The position numbers and the translations under genes were made by a program. DNA of 63,313 nt, filler included, from Collodictyon triciliatum (taxonomy: Eukaryota): NCBI GenBank assembly GCA_043381765.1. It is 6 parts of 6 records of this genome, joined end to end, with 100 filler letters (N's around TTAATTAATTAA, not from the genome) between each part and the next. Parts side by side here need not be neighbours in the genome. Positions count along the whole stretch, not along the records: positions 39,489 to 52,530 come from JBHJMP010002059.1; positions 52,631 to 61,146 come from JBHJMP010002122.1; 4 more parts are not named here. The stretch is one strand, 5' to 3'. Every line of letters begins with the position of its first letter. The first letter of the stretch is position 1. The notes under the pieces are model-generated. The model was not told where the DNA came from and ran no database searches. It saw only the letters and a program-made list of their open reading frames with translations. Positions 39,524 to 52,803 of this stretch are shown here, in pieces.

Positions 39524-40453
39524 TTTTTTTTTTTTTGTTTTTTGTTTTTTGTTTTTTTGTTTTTTTGTTTTTTTGTTTTTTTTGTTTTTTTGTTTTTTTG
39601 TTTTTTGTATTTTGTCTTTTTGCATCCTACTGTCATGGAGCCTCATAACATATCATTTGAGGAAAGTAAGGAGACAGAAAGGGGCAAAGTCGATTGATTT
39701 GTTCTATCGCATCGGCAGGACACACCGGACGGACGCCCATCACACGCGTCCCACCGACCGCGGCGTATTTCTGACCCCAATGCGCAAGACATGTAACCCA
39801 AAGCCCTCCGGCTCATCCAGTCCGCGACTGTCATTGCCGCGTTTATCTCACAGAAGCAATTAATGCTCGACTGCTGCCTCTGTGGTGAACATACCGCGCA
39901 GCGCCCGGATGGCGATTTCAGAAGGAGCTGTATTTTGGTGGGCGCGTCGCCATGATTCTTAATACACGAGCCTAACCATACCTTTGTTGGTTCCATGCGA
40001 CAGACTGGGAGTGATATACCCAGGGCAGAAAGGATGAACTGGTTTCTACCGCGAGTAACTGAGTCACTGCGTGATGGAATGGAGGTTGCCTTACGTAATG
40101 GGTAGTGCATGACTTCATTTCATTCGATTTATTGTTATTGCAGGATGGCATTTCAACTTAAATTATCAGGAGACGAAAGAATCAGAATCAGAATCAGAAC
40201 CAGAGGACGAAAGTGTATGCGGGGTCTGCGAAATGCGCGGCGACTTTTTTCGCGAAGAGTGATTTTAAGCAGCTTCTCAGCGTGTCAGAGACAATACGAC
40301 GGGGAGCATGGAGATGAACAAGATGCATCAAGACGTGTATCGCAGAGCACCAGCTAGTGGGAGCCTTTGCGGACAAGAACACGTTTGCAGACACTTTTTC
40401 TCTCCTTTACTCTGTTTGTCACCGGCACAGGGCTGTTCCTACCGAGGCCTCCC

Positions 40454-43400
40454 TCACAAGAAAAGCGTGATTGTGTATATGAGAAGGCCAAGGAAAATGC
40501 CCAGCGCAACAAGCAGGCAGAAGTACGCCCAGAACTTGTTTTTGCGGGAGGGCTTGACAGCCGGACTCAGCGGTTTCTCGGCCTTCTGGAGCAGCTGCAC
40601 ATCGCCGGCGTCGTCGCCGTTCTCGTTCTCGTCGTCTGTGTTGCTGACATCAAAGTTGATCCTTACCTGCTCGGCCTCCTTCCTGGAGAAGCATAAGGCT
40701 GGTGTGAAACGCGTGTTGATATCGGGATGCTCTCGAAATGCGAAGCGCTTACGCAGGCTCGGTTGCTTCTGGTTTGCGGTAGAAGGGCTCCGGAAGGAAA
40801 GGCCGCTCGTTTGGAGGCTCGCGTCCACGCCCAACTGCAAGCAACGCTGGTTGAATAGCGTGTTTTTTTGGAGGCAGAAGCCGCCCGCTTGACACAGAAC
40901 GCGCAAAGGAGAAAGCAATCAAACTCACCAGGCCACTCGTCTGCCACAGCCCGGGGAAGCACTTCGACCTCAAACTCCAGCTTGCCCTGTGCATTCAGCA
41001 TTGCTTGTTAGAGGTTGTGGAGGTTTGTGACATCTAAGTAACGGTGGCAGAAGAAAGGAGTGAGGAAGGAGTGGGAAAGGGATGAGAGAAAAACAAAGAG
41101 TGAAAAAGAAGAAAACAAAAAGTCTGGCAACGAGCCAAGAAAAGAGTTCTGTCGACTGGAGAAGCACTCACAACCGGCCGCGACTCATTGGGGTGCGCGA
41201 GATCGACCCACTGGGAAAAAAGACAGGTGTTGAGAAGGGTTTGCACAGTGGAACGAATGAATTCTAAGTGTTTGACAGGAGAGAGAGAGAAGGCGCAACA
41301 TCCAAAAAAAAAAACAATAGAATGGATTCGCCCAGGCTTGTGCTTATAGTTCAGAGGCTGTAAAAGAGTTTCGTCTCGTCTTGTTGTTCCAGTCGACCTG
41401 TCTTGCGATTCCGACTTGATCTCTTGTTTTCCGGGCTGACTCAAACATGTTGCGGAGGTTCAGATTCGCTTCGCCGACATGATAGCCTGGTTGCAACCTA
41501 GATTGATCCCACAAGTGTCTTTGTCAAGGTTTTCTCTTGTTGTGAAATGGCGATGATGGTGGTTCATCCGGTGCTTTCTGTGCAATGTCTTGGCACTCAG
41601 CAAGTGTTTAAAATGCGATTCATGAATAATACGGATACTTTGGGCTGTCGTTTGTGTTATCAATATCATACTCGGTAGTGTTTTTTTTTTCAGGGTTTTT
41701 GTAATGGTAAAAAAGATCAGATGAAAAAAAAGATGAAAAAAAAAAAAAAAGGATATTAGAACACGAATCCGATTGAACTCGTTCGGAATAACAACAGAGA
41801 ATATGACACGCCAGTTGATTGGCCTTTTTTCGATGATGGCAATATGGTTTCCGGGTAAGGACATTCATAATGTGGTGAATATAAATGAATACATGTTACA
41901 ATATACAGCATGAATAAGTTTTTAATTAATGCGAATTTGATCAAGTATTCAGGTATGCTAACATTAAGCCTTTGGAATATTTCTTCATGACGGCTGTATC
42001 TTGTCGCTCTCTTTGAAATGAGGTCGAAATGAACAAATCCCATGCATTCTACGCTCATATATCAGACAGAGTTCCGTTTCAATTAATTTCAAGATTCATA
42101 ATTTTGTTTTGTGAAATATGAGCAGTCAAACTTGAACATACGGGTACGTGTCTTCTAATATCCTTGATGGACCAAATCACAAGACGAATTTCGAACTCTG
42201 AGAAAAAGAGAATGTTAAAAATATATATATATGGAGCGTAATGATTCAGTCCTATAAAGACTATGCTAGAGCTCGTAAGTCCATACCGACTGGATTTGTA
42301 ATGGGAATTGGTCTTAGTGGAGTCTCAATCGATTCTTCAATTGTTAAAATCTCAGCTATCACCTTGAGTTGTCCCTTAAAGAAATCAAGTTTTCAACGAA
42401 AAGCAAAAGCGTGAGAAATAAATTATTAAACATATACCTTTTTTTTTTATTAAATAAAGTAGCTAGGAGCGAATAGCAACAACAAAAAAATATATATAAA
42501 GTAAAAAGTAAATTAGCTCCAACAGAATTTAAAATACTTGTGGTGTCTTGTGGATAGGATTCCAAAGATTCCGGGTTTCGATTGGTTTGAGACTCTATAT
42601 GGTTTGTATTTGTAACTAGGAGCGACCATAATTGCGAGTGTATCCATGTTTTTTATGCATGATGTATGACACATTCAATTGTTGGGATTCACATGAGCTA
42701 AAACATATCACAATAGTACCAGCTGCTTCCATTCCTGACTCAAAAATCTGTTTTCCAAGTCAATAACTGTATTTCCGATAAGTTGCGTCTCTGGCGCCTG
42801 TAAGTTCCTTACAGAAATAACCAACAGAGGATGGTCTATACTTGAAAAAGAATGTGTTAAATGAAGATATTCATAAGAAGGCCCGAGTGAGAGGGTTAAG
42901 TGCAGTAGTGCAAGAAAGCAGAAACTGGAAGTGTCTTCGAATTAATAAAAATTGATGACATGCCCGTGAGATTTCCTTGCAGCTCATAATAAGATTCGAA
43001 CATTGGTTCTGTTGTGTCCTCCAGAAAATCTTTGATGCCGTCAATACTAAACATATATTACAGAAGTGATGACTTTCGAAAAGGAAACCCCCAGAATTTC
43101 GAAAAAAAAAATTGTGTTGCATTTCAGAATATCTTGAAAAGATACACAATTATGAATGCAAAAGTGTACAAGACAATGTCCTCGCCGCTCTTTCGCTCCT
43201 TTTTATGAATTTGACCAAGCGACGTTTCGGGCTCACTGAAGCGTAAAAAAATAAACAAAATTACTTTCATGGGGCAGTGAAGGGAGATACAGAAACACAC
43301 ACGTAAAAGAATGGTAATAGGTCTTAGAACTGAGATTGCCAAGAACCTTGTCGGTCCGATGGATAAAGTAACATATGGATTGGGTGGCTTCTCTGAATGT

Positions 43401-44817
43401 GATGAAAGTTGGGTGCCACATAGAATGTAAACACGTGCAACATACTGGATGGGTCTGATAAAGAAACAAAAATTGATATTCATATAAATCTAACGGTATG
43501 CGTGTGACCAAATTTGGTACATCGTACTCGAGTAAGCGGTTAAAAAGAAAAGGCGGCATTACTGTGATAGCTTTTCATAAAGACGAAGGATTTCTCTATC
43601 GACGTTTTGAGAGTTCTCACCAGAAGCTCGAGATATTCTGACGTTGAACTGAGCAGGATAAAATATTTAAAATGTTAATACGATGAGAAACGTCTGAGTA
43701 ATCATCTTAGGGAAATGTAATAAAACTTTCGCATTGGCCGTCAAAATAGTATGGTCCACATCGAACAGAAACTGAAATATTGTGGATAGGCTCCCAATTA
43801 CTTTAAGGTATCCGATGACATTTTTATCTTGCTTTGAAGGGGCCTTCATACCACTTTCAACGCTACTGGTGGGAAGCTCTTCTTCTTTTGCTCTATAAAA
43901 AAAATCAGAAGATATAACGAGCATCACAAAAATTGATCAGTGGAATGCCATATGTATGAATTGATCCAAGATAAATTCGCTGCCTAGGTGAGGGAAAGGA
44001 ATTACGTATATATGGGAACTATGGCGAAGGGTGGATTCTTTTGCTTCAATTCCCATTCACAGTTAAAAAGGGGGATTTCTTCATCTACCTCATCTGTACC
44101 CCCCAAATAATAAACATAATAGTAATAGAAATAGTAATAGTAATAGTAATAGTAATAGTAATAGTAATAGTAATAGTAATAGTAATAGTAATAGTAATAG
44201 AAATAGAAATAGAAATAGAAATAGAAATAGAAATAGAAATAGAAATAGAAATAGAAATAGAAATAGAAATAGAAATAGAAATAGAAATAGTAATAGAGAT
44301 GATAAGAGAAACGAAGAGAATAGAAATAGAAATGATGAGGATGAGAAAAATTAGTTAGTATGCGAACGGAATACATATTTATGTTTTCATGTTCGAATAA
44401 TTTTGGTGCTTCATGAGAATTGGGATAATTGCCTGCGGTTCCTATTATGATATCTTCGATGGGCTTGAGTTTTGTGGAGCTATTATGATTCATCATGTCA
44501 TGTAGTTTGTGAATAATAATTTTACCAAGGTTTTATGAATAAGACAAAAGAGTTATCTTGCGTTTTGATTTAATTGCAGAATGAATAAATCGTATAAAAT
44601 ATAAAAGACTTGTATAATAGATTAAAAAGTATGACCAATACAAGGCCGAGGATATTTTAGCGAGAAAGATATATTGAATGTTCACTTTTGATTCAGCTTT
44701 GACAGAAGCGGCGTCTTTTCATCGTTTCCTGTTTTTAAGGTGTTTGGTGGTAAGCTCTGCATAGAGCCTCTTTTGTCAGAATGGTCAATCCCTGATTTTG
44801 ATCCTGAAGACTTTGAC

Positions 44818-44884
<67 letters not shown>

Positions 44885-47530
44885 GGTAAGGAGGCATCGA
44901 CCTGAAGGAAAGATAAATATTCCACAGAAACTTTCAAGCTCTATAAATGAAATAGTTTAATTCCTCTGTACCACAAAACTTTTTATATTTACCTGGCTAT
45001 ATGATAATGATGCGCGTTGGTTTTCGAGTGTGTTCTTCACATAGGGAGATTTGAACTCTTTCTTTTTCTACCAAACAAAGTCAGAAAGAAATGATTGAGA
45101 ACGTAGAAACACAAAAGCATAATTTTTTGAGGAAGTGTGCGTGTGATACATTTACTGGTTTTATAAAATGTAAAGGACTAACTGTGAAGTAAGTAATTGG
45201 AATTGATGATTTTCCAATCAAGAGCTTCTGGTCTTCTCCTTCGTCCTTTATTGCATCAAAGGCAATATCTGTCCCGTTCAACTTTGTTGCTTTTGTAGGT
45301 GGATTTGCTTTCTTATTGCTAGCTTCATCCTGCGATTTTTTCTTCTTTTTCTTCTTCATAGTAGCTGACTGAGGAAAAGAATTCGACACAAGAATGATGA
45401 AGTCCGCATTCAAGTTACGAACTTGCTTGTACCGTATTCTGTTGTACTAGAGAATGAGACAGAAAAATTGTTCAGTTAAAAAACATTAAAATTGGTCGTA
45501 TGATGTTCCAAGAATGAATCAAACCTGTATTATAGTCGTATTCTCGCCTGATGATTCTTTTGTTTGCTTTGTTTCTGCATGTTCACCCATGATATCGTAA
45601 GCTATTTGTGGTTTTGTTATTTTCCTGCCATCAACTTTTTTCATTTCCCGTACACCAAGGGTGTACACATCTGCGATGAAGTCCTTTATAAAAGCGAGTA
45701 AACAGTAATAAATCAATTAATCATCACACGAGACGCCTTTTTTTTTTTTTTTTGAAAAATTGCATGAATTTGGGTGGTTCGTTGTTTTTCTTTACTTAAA
45801 CAATGTGATAGTATGAATGAGTACTTCAGAGCCGTTTTCATCCTCGGTGGCGGCTTCTGATTCGACATTATCGTTGGCAACAGAGTTTGTATCTATTTCG
45901 TGCAAGTCAATCAAACGGAAGGAAGCATAAACATGTCCCTTTATGATAGAACTATTTGGTAGTCGCAAATCGAACCTGTGGATTTTTTTTTCAGGTCGGT
46001 GATAGGAAATGAATTCAATGGAATGGGCGATAGAAATAGATGAAAAATTAAGAAATAAAAACACCAAATTTGTGACAGATACGATATACTGAAGATAAAA
46101 AAAAAATCTACTTTTCAAATTTATCCGCTTCCATCTTCAAAATTCTTTCTGGGGATATGGAAAACATGCCAAGCATATCATTTTCACTTATGTCATAGTC
46201 ATATACCTAATTAATTAATTAATTATTTACTTAACTATTATTGCCATTATAAGTATGATTATGATTATCTTCATTATTTTTATTCTTTAAATTATTCTAT
46301 TTTTTTTCGATACATGAAATCAACATTGTTCGAACATATTAGGACGACCATTCAAGTAAAAATAGTGTACCTCTATAAAAACATGAGGCGCAAGATTAAG
46401 GGGCAGTGGTAATTTCGGACTTAACGTGATTTTATCATTCCTTTATATTATTTCATTTCTTTAAGAAAACATGCATCAATCATAATATTTATATGTGTCT
46501 TATAAAAAGGAGAGAAGGCATATTTCTAATATTGAAAAAAAATTCCCATAAATTTGTATCAGAGTAGAGAAGCCTTCTTACCATACAGGATTTAGTGTTT
46601 TTTCAATAGTTCTTGAATCTTTGACGGTACTACCCATACGAATTTTGCAAAATGGATCTGAGAGGCGTATTCGGTAATGTTAGATATAGACAAAAAAAAT
46701 TCATATAATTCCTTCCATTGCATGAAACTTGCCAGAAAATCCGTCCGAGTCTGCTGCAATAAGATCAGATGCGGCTCCGAGATGAACTACGAGCTTGAAC
46801 TTGCTAAAAGTAGGCATATATGAATATCAAATATATTGGCAACTTAGGCACTCAATTGGAATGCTATAGGTATCATGTATACTTTTATTTCTCGAGGGTA
46901 TCTTCTTGTACCCAACCCAATTAATATATCCTATTAACTGATATATGCAAGATTTGGAAATGCTACCCTATTTTTGGCTGGATAGTGGCAGCTCGATGAA
47001 CAACAGGTAACTCGCTGACTGGTCCAAAGTTTATTCTATTATTCGTAGTTGATCGATTTTGTAAGCTTTGTTCAACACACTTTTAAAGAGGGATACAGAT
47101 AAGGATCTTGATAAAAAAAAATCATAACACTATAGTAATTCCAAAAAATTAAAAAATTTATTTTTGTTCTAAAGAAAATGTAAAAATACACTAATCAGCT
47201 GTACAATATTTATTGTTCTCACCAGAAATATCACACATAAAAAGAAGTGTTCTGTAAAACTAAACCATCATAATTGTGGGTACCTGAATAGCAAATGAGC
47301 TGTTATCTCCTTATCGCTGGCTTCATTGTTATAAAGTGGAACCCATTTTGCATCATTATATTTTCCCAAAAAACTTGCCAGCTGGTAAGGAGATATTGAT
47401 GAGTATGCCACTCATATTCGTCATGTAATTTGAAGGAGTTACATGTCATCCGAAAGTGAAATACACGAAGGAAACATAAAGTATTTAAGTTTTTTTTTTT
47501 TTAGCAAATATTAAATGTTAGGGATAATTA

Positions 47531-47588
<58 letters not shown>

Positions 47589-50500
47589 CAGCAATACCTT
47601 AAATCTTGCACCACCAATTCTGGAACTACCTTTCAAACTTGATGTAGATTTCAAATTGATTATGACATCGGGCCAGCTTTTCTCATCGACTACATTCAAA
47701 GTGAAAGGAAGTAAAGAAAAAACTATGAGTTATCTTTTTTTTTTGTTTCTTGAGTTTTATTTTGATTTATTTTATTTTGTTTTGTTTTGTTTTATTTTAT
47801 TTTGTTTTATTTTGTTTTGTTTTATTTTGTTTTATTTTGTTTTATTTTGTTTTATTTTGTTTTATTTTGTTTTGTTTTATTTTGTTGTGTTTTGTTTTAT
47901 TTTGTTTTATTTTGTTTTGTTTTATTTTGTTTTGTTTTATTGTGTTTTATTGTGTTTTATTGTGTTTTATTGTGTTTTATTTTGTTTTGTTTTATTTTGT
48001 TTTGTTTTGTTTTGTTTTATTTTGTTTTATTTTGTTTTGTTTTATTTTGTTTTATTTTGTTTTATTTTGTTTTATTTTGTTTTATTTTGTTTTATTTTGT
48101 TTTATTTTGTTTTATTTTGTTTTATTTTGTTTTATTTTATTTTATTTTATTTTGTTTTGTTTTGTTTTGTTTTAATCGTGCTTTCTTCTGGTTTATATAA
48201 GATAGTGTGTTTTGACAGTGTTGGATGTTTTTTTTTATCAAGCTTATCCTATTCCAAAAAAAAAAAAATAACAATTGCTAAGACAGGGAAACAAAATAAA
48301 TACGCGGTAGAGTCATCTTTAATGATTCCATGTATGTGTACCAACGAACAATTGCATCCTGGAAGATTTGATGAAGGGACCAGTGAGATTTTTTCAAATA
48401 TACACGACATAGTTTCCGAGACATATCATATGATACTTTATAGCGAGATATTTAGTAAACTGTCAAATTTTTAACTTAAGAAACCTCTGCACGACGAGAT
48501 TTGGACTTCATCATGTAGTTTCCCAAGTATATTTTCAACATGACATTTTCAGCAGATATTACAAGATTTGCTTCGTACAAATCAAACTTTGAGAATATCA
48601 GAGCAAACATAACATGATTAGTTTTGGTATATCAGAATATGGTGCCAATAAAATCCAACATAAAGAAAACCTGAAAACAGAATGGACCCATTGCAGGCGG
48701 GTCCTTCATATTTGTTATCAGATTTGGTTTTTTCTAAATAGGTAGAGTTAATAACAAAATATATCGATATCTCAAGAAGAAAAAAGAAACAAATAATGGA
48801 CTTTCTGGGAAAAAAATATACTGCTGGCTCCGCTGCGATGGATTTGGTTCTGGCTCTTGAACCAGTGACATCCATACTTTTCAAGTAATAAAATACGAGA
48901 ATGCGACCACGATATTGGATTCCTGGCACTAGACCATCGTTCATTAATTCATCACTACCATTTTCTACTAGTGATTTTATTGGAGCTCCATATAGATTTA
49001 TCTGCATGACATTAAGCGATGAGGTAGGAAACCCTTGACAACAAATTTTAATCAAGCGATGTTAAATTATCACGACATAAAGAAATGCGTGTTCAGATGA
49101 GTCGTAAAGAAAAAATAACCCAAAATGGTTTGGACTTCTTTATCTGATTTTCATGAGGGACGTGATTAATATCGATAAAGTGAGTTGCAATAACGTCATC
49201 CGAGGAGCCCTAGAATGATATTGACAACAGCAAAAAGAATTTGTAGCTTGTTATGTTCAAGTGTTTGGAATTACACCTGATATTTCTTCAAACATACGAT
49301 GTATGTGTATTCATTAATTTATTATTCAATAATTTATTATATGTCAACTTTGTTCTTCATTTGTGGTATAAATTTAGCAAGGAAAAACTTGGTCTTGGTC
49401 GTATATCTGAAGCGTCACAGCATTATTCAAACTGGGAATGGTAACTATTTTCGACCAAAGAAAGTTTTTATTGGACGCAAATAAGTGAGATAATGCAACA
49501 TCCACATTGTCTTACGAAGGATAAGGTAGAATATTCACACACCCGGAATCTCCAGAACTTCATTCCAAACAGGATTGAGTTCTTTATCCTTCACCGTGGT
49601 GGATGCAAACTCCTTTTCATAACGAAGAACAACATACGGATCCGATTTACCGACTAAAAATAATGTATTAAGTTACATACAAATGGCAAAGTGAATCCCC
49701 TGTCCGTTTTTGTGTGATAATTACTGTTATTGAAATACTCTTAAGTATGAATCCAGTGATATTCGGTGGGCTATTATCCTAGAATATTACGCAAATCCAC
49801 TTTTGGCAGATGTTCGGCCTTATAGACGTGACAGACAAAAAGCTCTTGTTTTGTTTTTATAGACGGGGGTAATACAATCTAATGTTGATGTATTTTGATA
49901 TTAGAAAAAGTGCATTTTATAGGTGTCTAATGTCTTTCTACAAATTTCATCACATATTTTACCCATATCCTTTCTTTTGGAAATGAAATGATATGAATCA
50001 AACACTTGAAGTAATGGAAACTCACATCAACGAAAAGCTTTGGTTTCTTTGGTCCAGAATCTTCCTGATGTATATGCAAGTGAACTTTACTGTTATATTG
50101 ATGAAATATGAAATAATTAAATTATTTGTGAGAATTACTGGTTTGTTGACATCTGTTCCGTGGAGTTTAATTTCGATGCTGGATTGGACATATCCACTAA
50201 CATCCTGGTCATCCATCGGGTTGATAAGAGCAAACCAACGGTCCTTAAAATCTCCAACTTGGCTCTGAAATATGTTGCCCAGGCAAAAATCATAGAACCC
50301 TAAAGAAAACCATCGTTTAAGCCGCCTTTGGTCGTTTTAAAAAAAGAAAATAATGGTGTCTTGGCAATAGAGAAAACTGGATGCTGAAATTTTGAATCAA
50401 TTTTTGGGCACCTAGCAAAACAGCGGAAGGCCCCGAGCTATCGTACACAGTGACCTTAAGCAGTTCTTTCTCTAACTAAAAAAAAAAATAAACAAATGAT

Positions 50501-51989
50501 TCATTCGAAAGAGAACAAGACTGATTCCATGGGGTAATTGGACGTAAGTAAGAGAATGAGGTGTATTCAAGAAGAATCTTACTGCATCTTGAGTTCCGTA
50601 AAACACCCACTCGAATACTGAGTCCCACACGGGGTCATGGCAATTGTCAATTATCCGAGTATTCTTTGATATTCCCAATAGGTACACTTCAGCCACTGGA
50701 TCCAGGTTATCGGTACCTTGCCTTTTTTTTATTTGTAATTAGAAAAGTGTGGGAAAATATAAGAATAAATGCAGTAAGAGCGATGCCTTCCTTGCCGAGG
50801 AGTATATGTTTCATTTAAAAAAGTTGTGGAGGATGTCTTAAAACTAAATCAGTTTAAACAATTTGTATTTACTGATTGTGCAACTGGATTGCTTTTTTCA
50901 TATGTACTGTAATTTGGTAGTTAGATTTTCGGACAGACATATGCGCATCGTCTAAGTCATCTCTAATTTTTGAAAAACGTGATTAAAATATATAATTTTT
51001 TCAAATTTAAATCGACACATAAAAGATAACTCTGGCAAGTAGAGTGTTTGATTTGTTAGGAATTTTGTAAAGAGTAGTAATAAGTGTATATGCTAAAAAT
51101 ATGACAATTATACATACATACATACATACATACATACATACATACATACATACATACATACATACATACATACATACATACATACATACATACATACATA
51201 CATACATACATACATCGGCTTAAACAAAGCAAAATGTAATAGTCAGTGTCTTGCATGGATGATTGCTACTTACTCTGTCAGGGCACCCACTTGGCCCAGC
51301 ATTTGGAGCTTTGAATCACGAGAGGATTTATTCCTCCTTGGTGTCCCTTTTGCAGCAGCCATCTTGTAAGAGAACTCTATGGATTCATCAAACTCAGGAT
51401 CGATGTTGAAGACCGGCTCGTAGTCTTCATCTTCCGCACCAAAGCTGGCTCTAAGCAACTCCAGGCCGTCTAGCTGAGTAACAGCGGGATCAGCCTCGAG
51501 CGTTGGCCGACTTAGGAAGACAGCAAGTTCAGGGTCATCATGAGCCGCATAGGACTGGCTCTTTAGTTGGTTATGTCGCATAGCACCCGAATTGCTCTGA
51601 CTTGGATGGATTTGAGGACGTAAAGGAGCGACGTAGGATAAAATAGTTTTGTGGTTCATAAGAAACTGTTCGTTGGGAGTAAAAGGATCTGTGGAGAAGA
51701 GAGCGTCTGTCTCCTGCTTTTTGCCTGCAGCCGAGCGTGTTTGGCTCAGATCTTGCAGAATGGCGCTGGCTGGAGACGAAGAGGGCTTCTTTTCTCGAGA
51801 GGTCACAGACAATGTGCGAGATTTCTCGGCCGGAACTGCGGTTGTGGGCGTCCGATTCGGCCCAGGGGACTTTGTTTGCTCCACTGCACTTGTAGCCTTG
51901 GTGTCCGGGTCGCTACTTGCGTTCGCTACATGATAGTATGGGCTTCTTGCGAGAACAGCCTGAGAGCGGCCTTGGCTTTCTTCGTTCAT
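40454..51989 (-). CDS. Ferlin (multiple C2 domains, C-terminal TM anchor), more than 30 exons
   Basis: In order: YQITVHMKKAIQL, HVYKAEHLPKVD..GKSDPYV..LNPVWNE, INLYGAP..GIQYRGRIL, SWPDVII, ASDLIAADSDGFSDPF, ARVYILCG, IGNTVIDLENRF, IETRNLW, FEIRLVIW, INWRVIF, GKLEFEVEVL..WPAG, TM FWAYFCLLVALGIFLGLLIY. A few junctions near 44700-44900 are unresolved. Confidence 0.88.
41515..41756 (-). other. U12-type (minor spliceosome) AT-AC intron, 242 nt, phase 0
   Basis: 5' end ATATCCTTT, branch site CCTTGAC (41529-41523), terminal AC 9 nt after the branch A. Splicing gives RIRVL|LWDQ, restoring the C2 strand. Confidence 0.8.
44119..44294. repeat. Compound (TAGTAA)n(TAGAAA)n microsatellite in ferlin intron
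   Basis: Tandem array visible directly. Confidence 0.9.
46658..46732 (-). other. GC-AG intron in ferlin, 75 nt
   Basis: TCT G|gcaagt...ctcag|AT CCA yields the conserved C2 motif DGFSDPF. Confidence 0.8.
47751..48173. repeat. (TTTTG/TTTTA)n pentamer array in ferlin intron
   Basis: Tandem array visible directly; it explains the spurious F/C/Y-rich ORFs. Confidence 0.9.
51110..51215. repeat. (TACA)n microsatellite in ferlin intron 1
   Basis: Tandem array visible directly. Confidence 0.9.
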
Positions 51990-52247
51990 CTGGTGTCTTT
52001 CTGTTTGAAAGGCTGCGTATAATGGGAATGAGTTCTGGTGTTTGCTTGGGTTTGCTGAAAGGAATGCCCAAGTCTTGTTGGTTGAAGGAGGTGGAGTTGG
52101 ACGTGTTCTTTTTACTTTTTTCATTTTTTTTTACTTTTTTTTCTTTTTTTACTTTTTTTTCTTTTTTTACTTTTTTTACTTTTTTTTCTTTTTTTACTTT
52201 TTTTACTTTTTTTACTTTTTTTTTATCTTTTTTTATCTTTTTTTACT

Positions 52248-52278
<31 letters not shown>

Positions 52279-52530
52279 CTTTTTTCTTTTTTCTTTTTTC
52301 TTTTTTCTTTTTTCTTTTTTCTTTTTTACTTTTTTACTTTTTTTCTTTTTACTTTTTTCTTCTTTTTTCTTTTTCTTCTTTTTTTCTTCTTTTCTTTTTT
52401 CTTTTCTTTTTTCTTTTTTTCTTTTTTTCTTTTTTTCTTTTTTTCATTTTTTCATTTTTTCATTTTTTCATTTTTTCATTTTTTCATTTTTTCATTTTTT
52501 CATTTTTTCATTTTTTCATTTTTTCATTTT

Positions 52531-52630
52531 NNNNNNNNNNNNNNNNNNNNNNNNNNNNNNNNNNNNNNNNNNNNTTAATTAATTAANNNNNNNNNNNNNN
52601 NNNNNNNNNNNNNNNNNNNNNNNNNNNNNN
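52531..52630. other. Artificial contig linker
   Basis: N44-TTAATTAATTAA-N44. Confidence 0.97.
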
Positions 52631-52728
<98 letters not shown>

Positions 52729-52803
52729 TGAAAGAAGGAGAGGAACAGGGAGGGAGAGGGAGAGGAAGTTGATTTGAATCTAAAGTAATTTTAAAGAGAC
52801 TTT

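Noticed and set aside
39650-40440. Moderately GC-rich stretch as an ncRNA or extra gene
   Set aside because: No tRNA, snRNA or rRNA motif and no coherent protein recognised by eye; an Infernal or BLAST search would be needed.
40454-41001. Independent tail-anchored membrane protein gene
   Set aside because: GKLEFEVEVL..WPAG plus TM is the ferlin C-terminus and splices in frame to upstream ferlin exons.
47515-48474. Long F/C/Y-rich ORFs (also 44002-44496, 51917-52582, 20197-20529 and ORFs running through N)
   Set aside because: These are translations of microsatellites, homopolymers or gaps.
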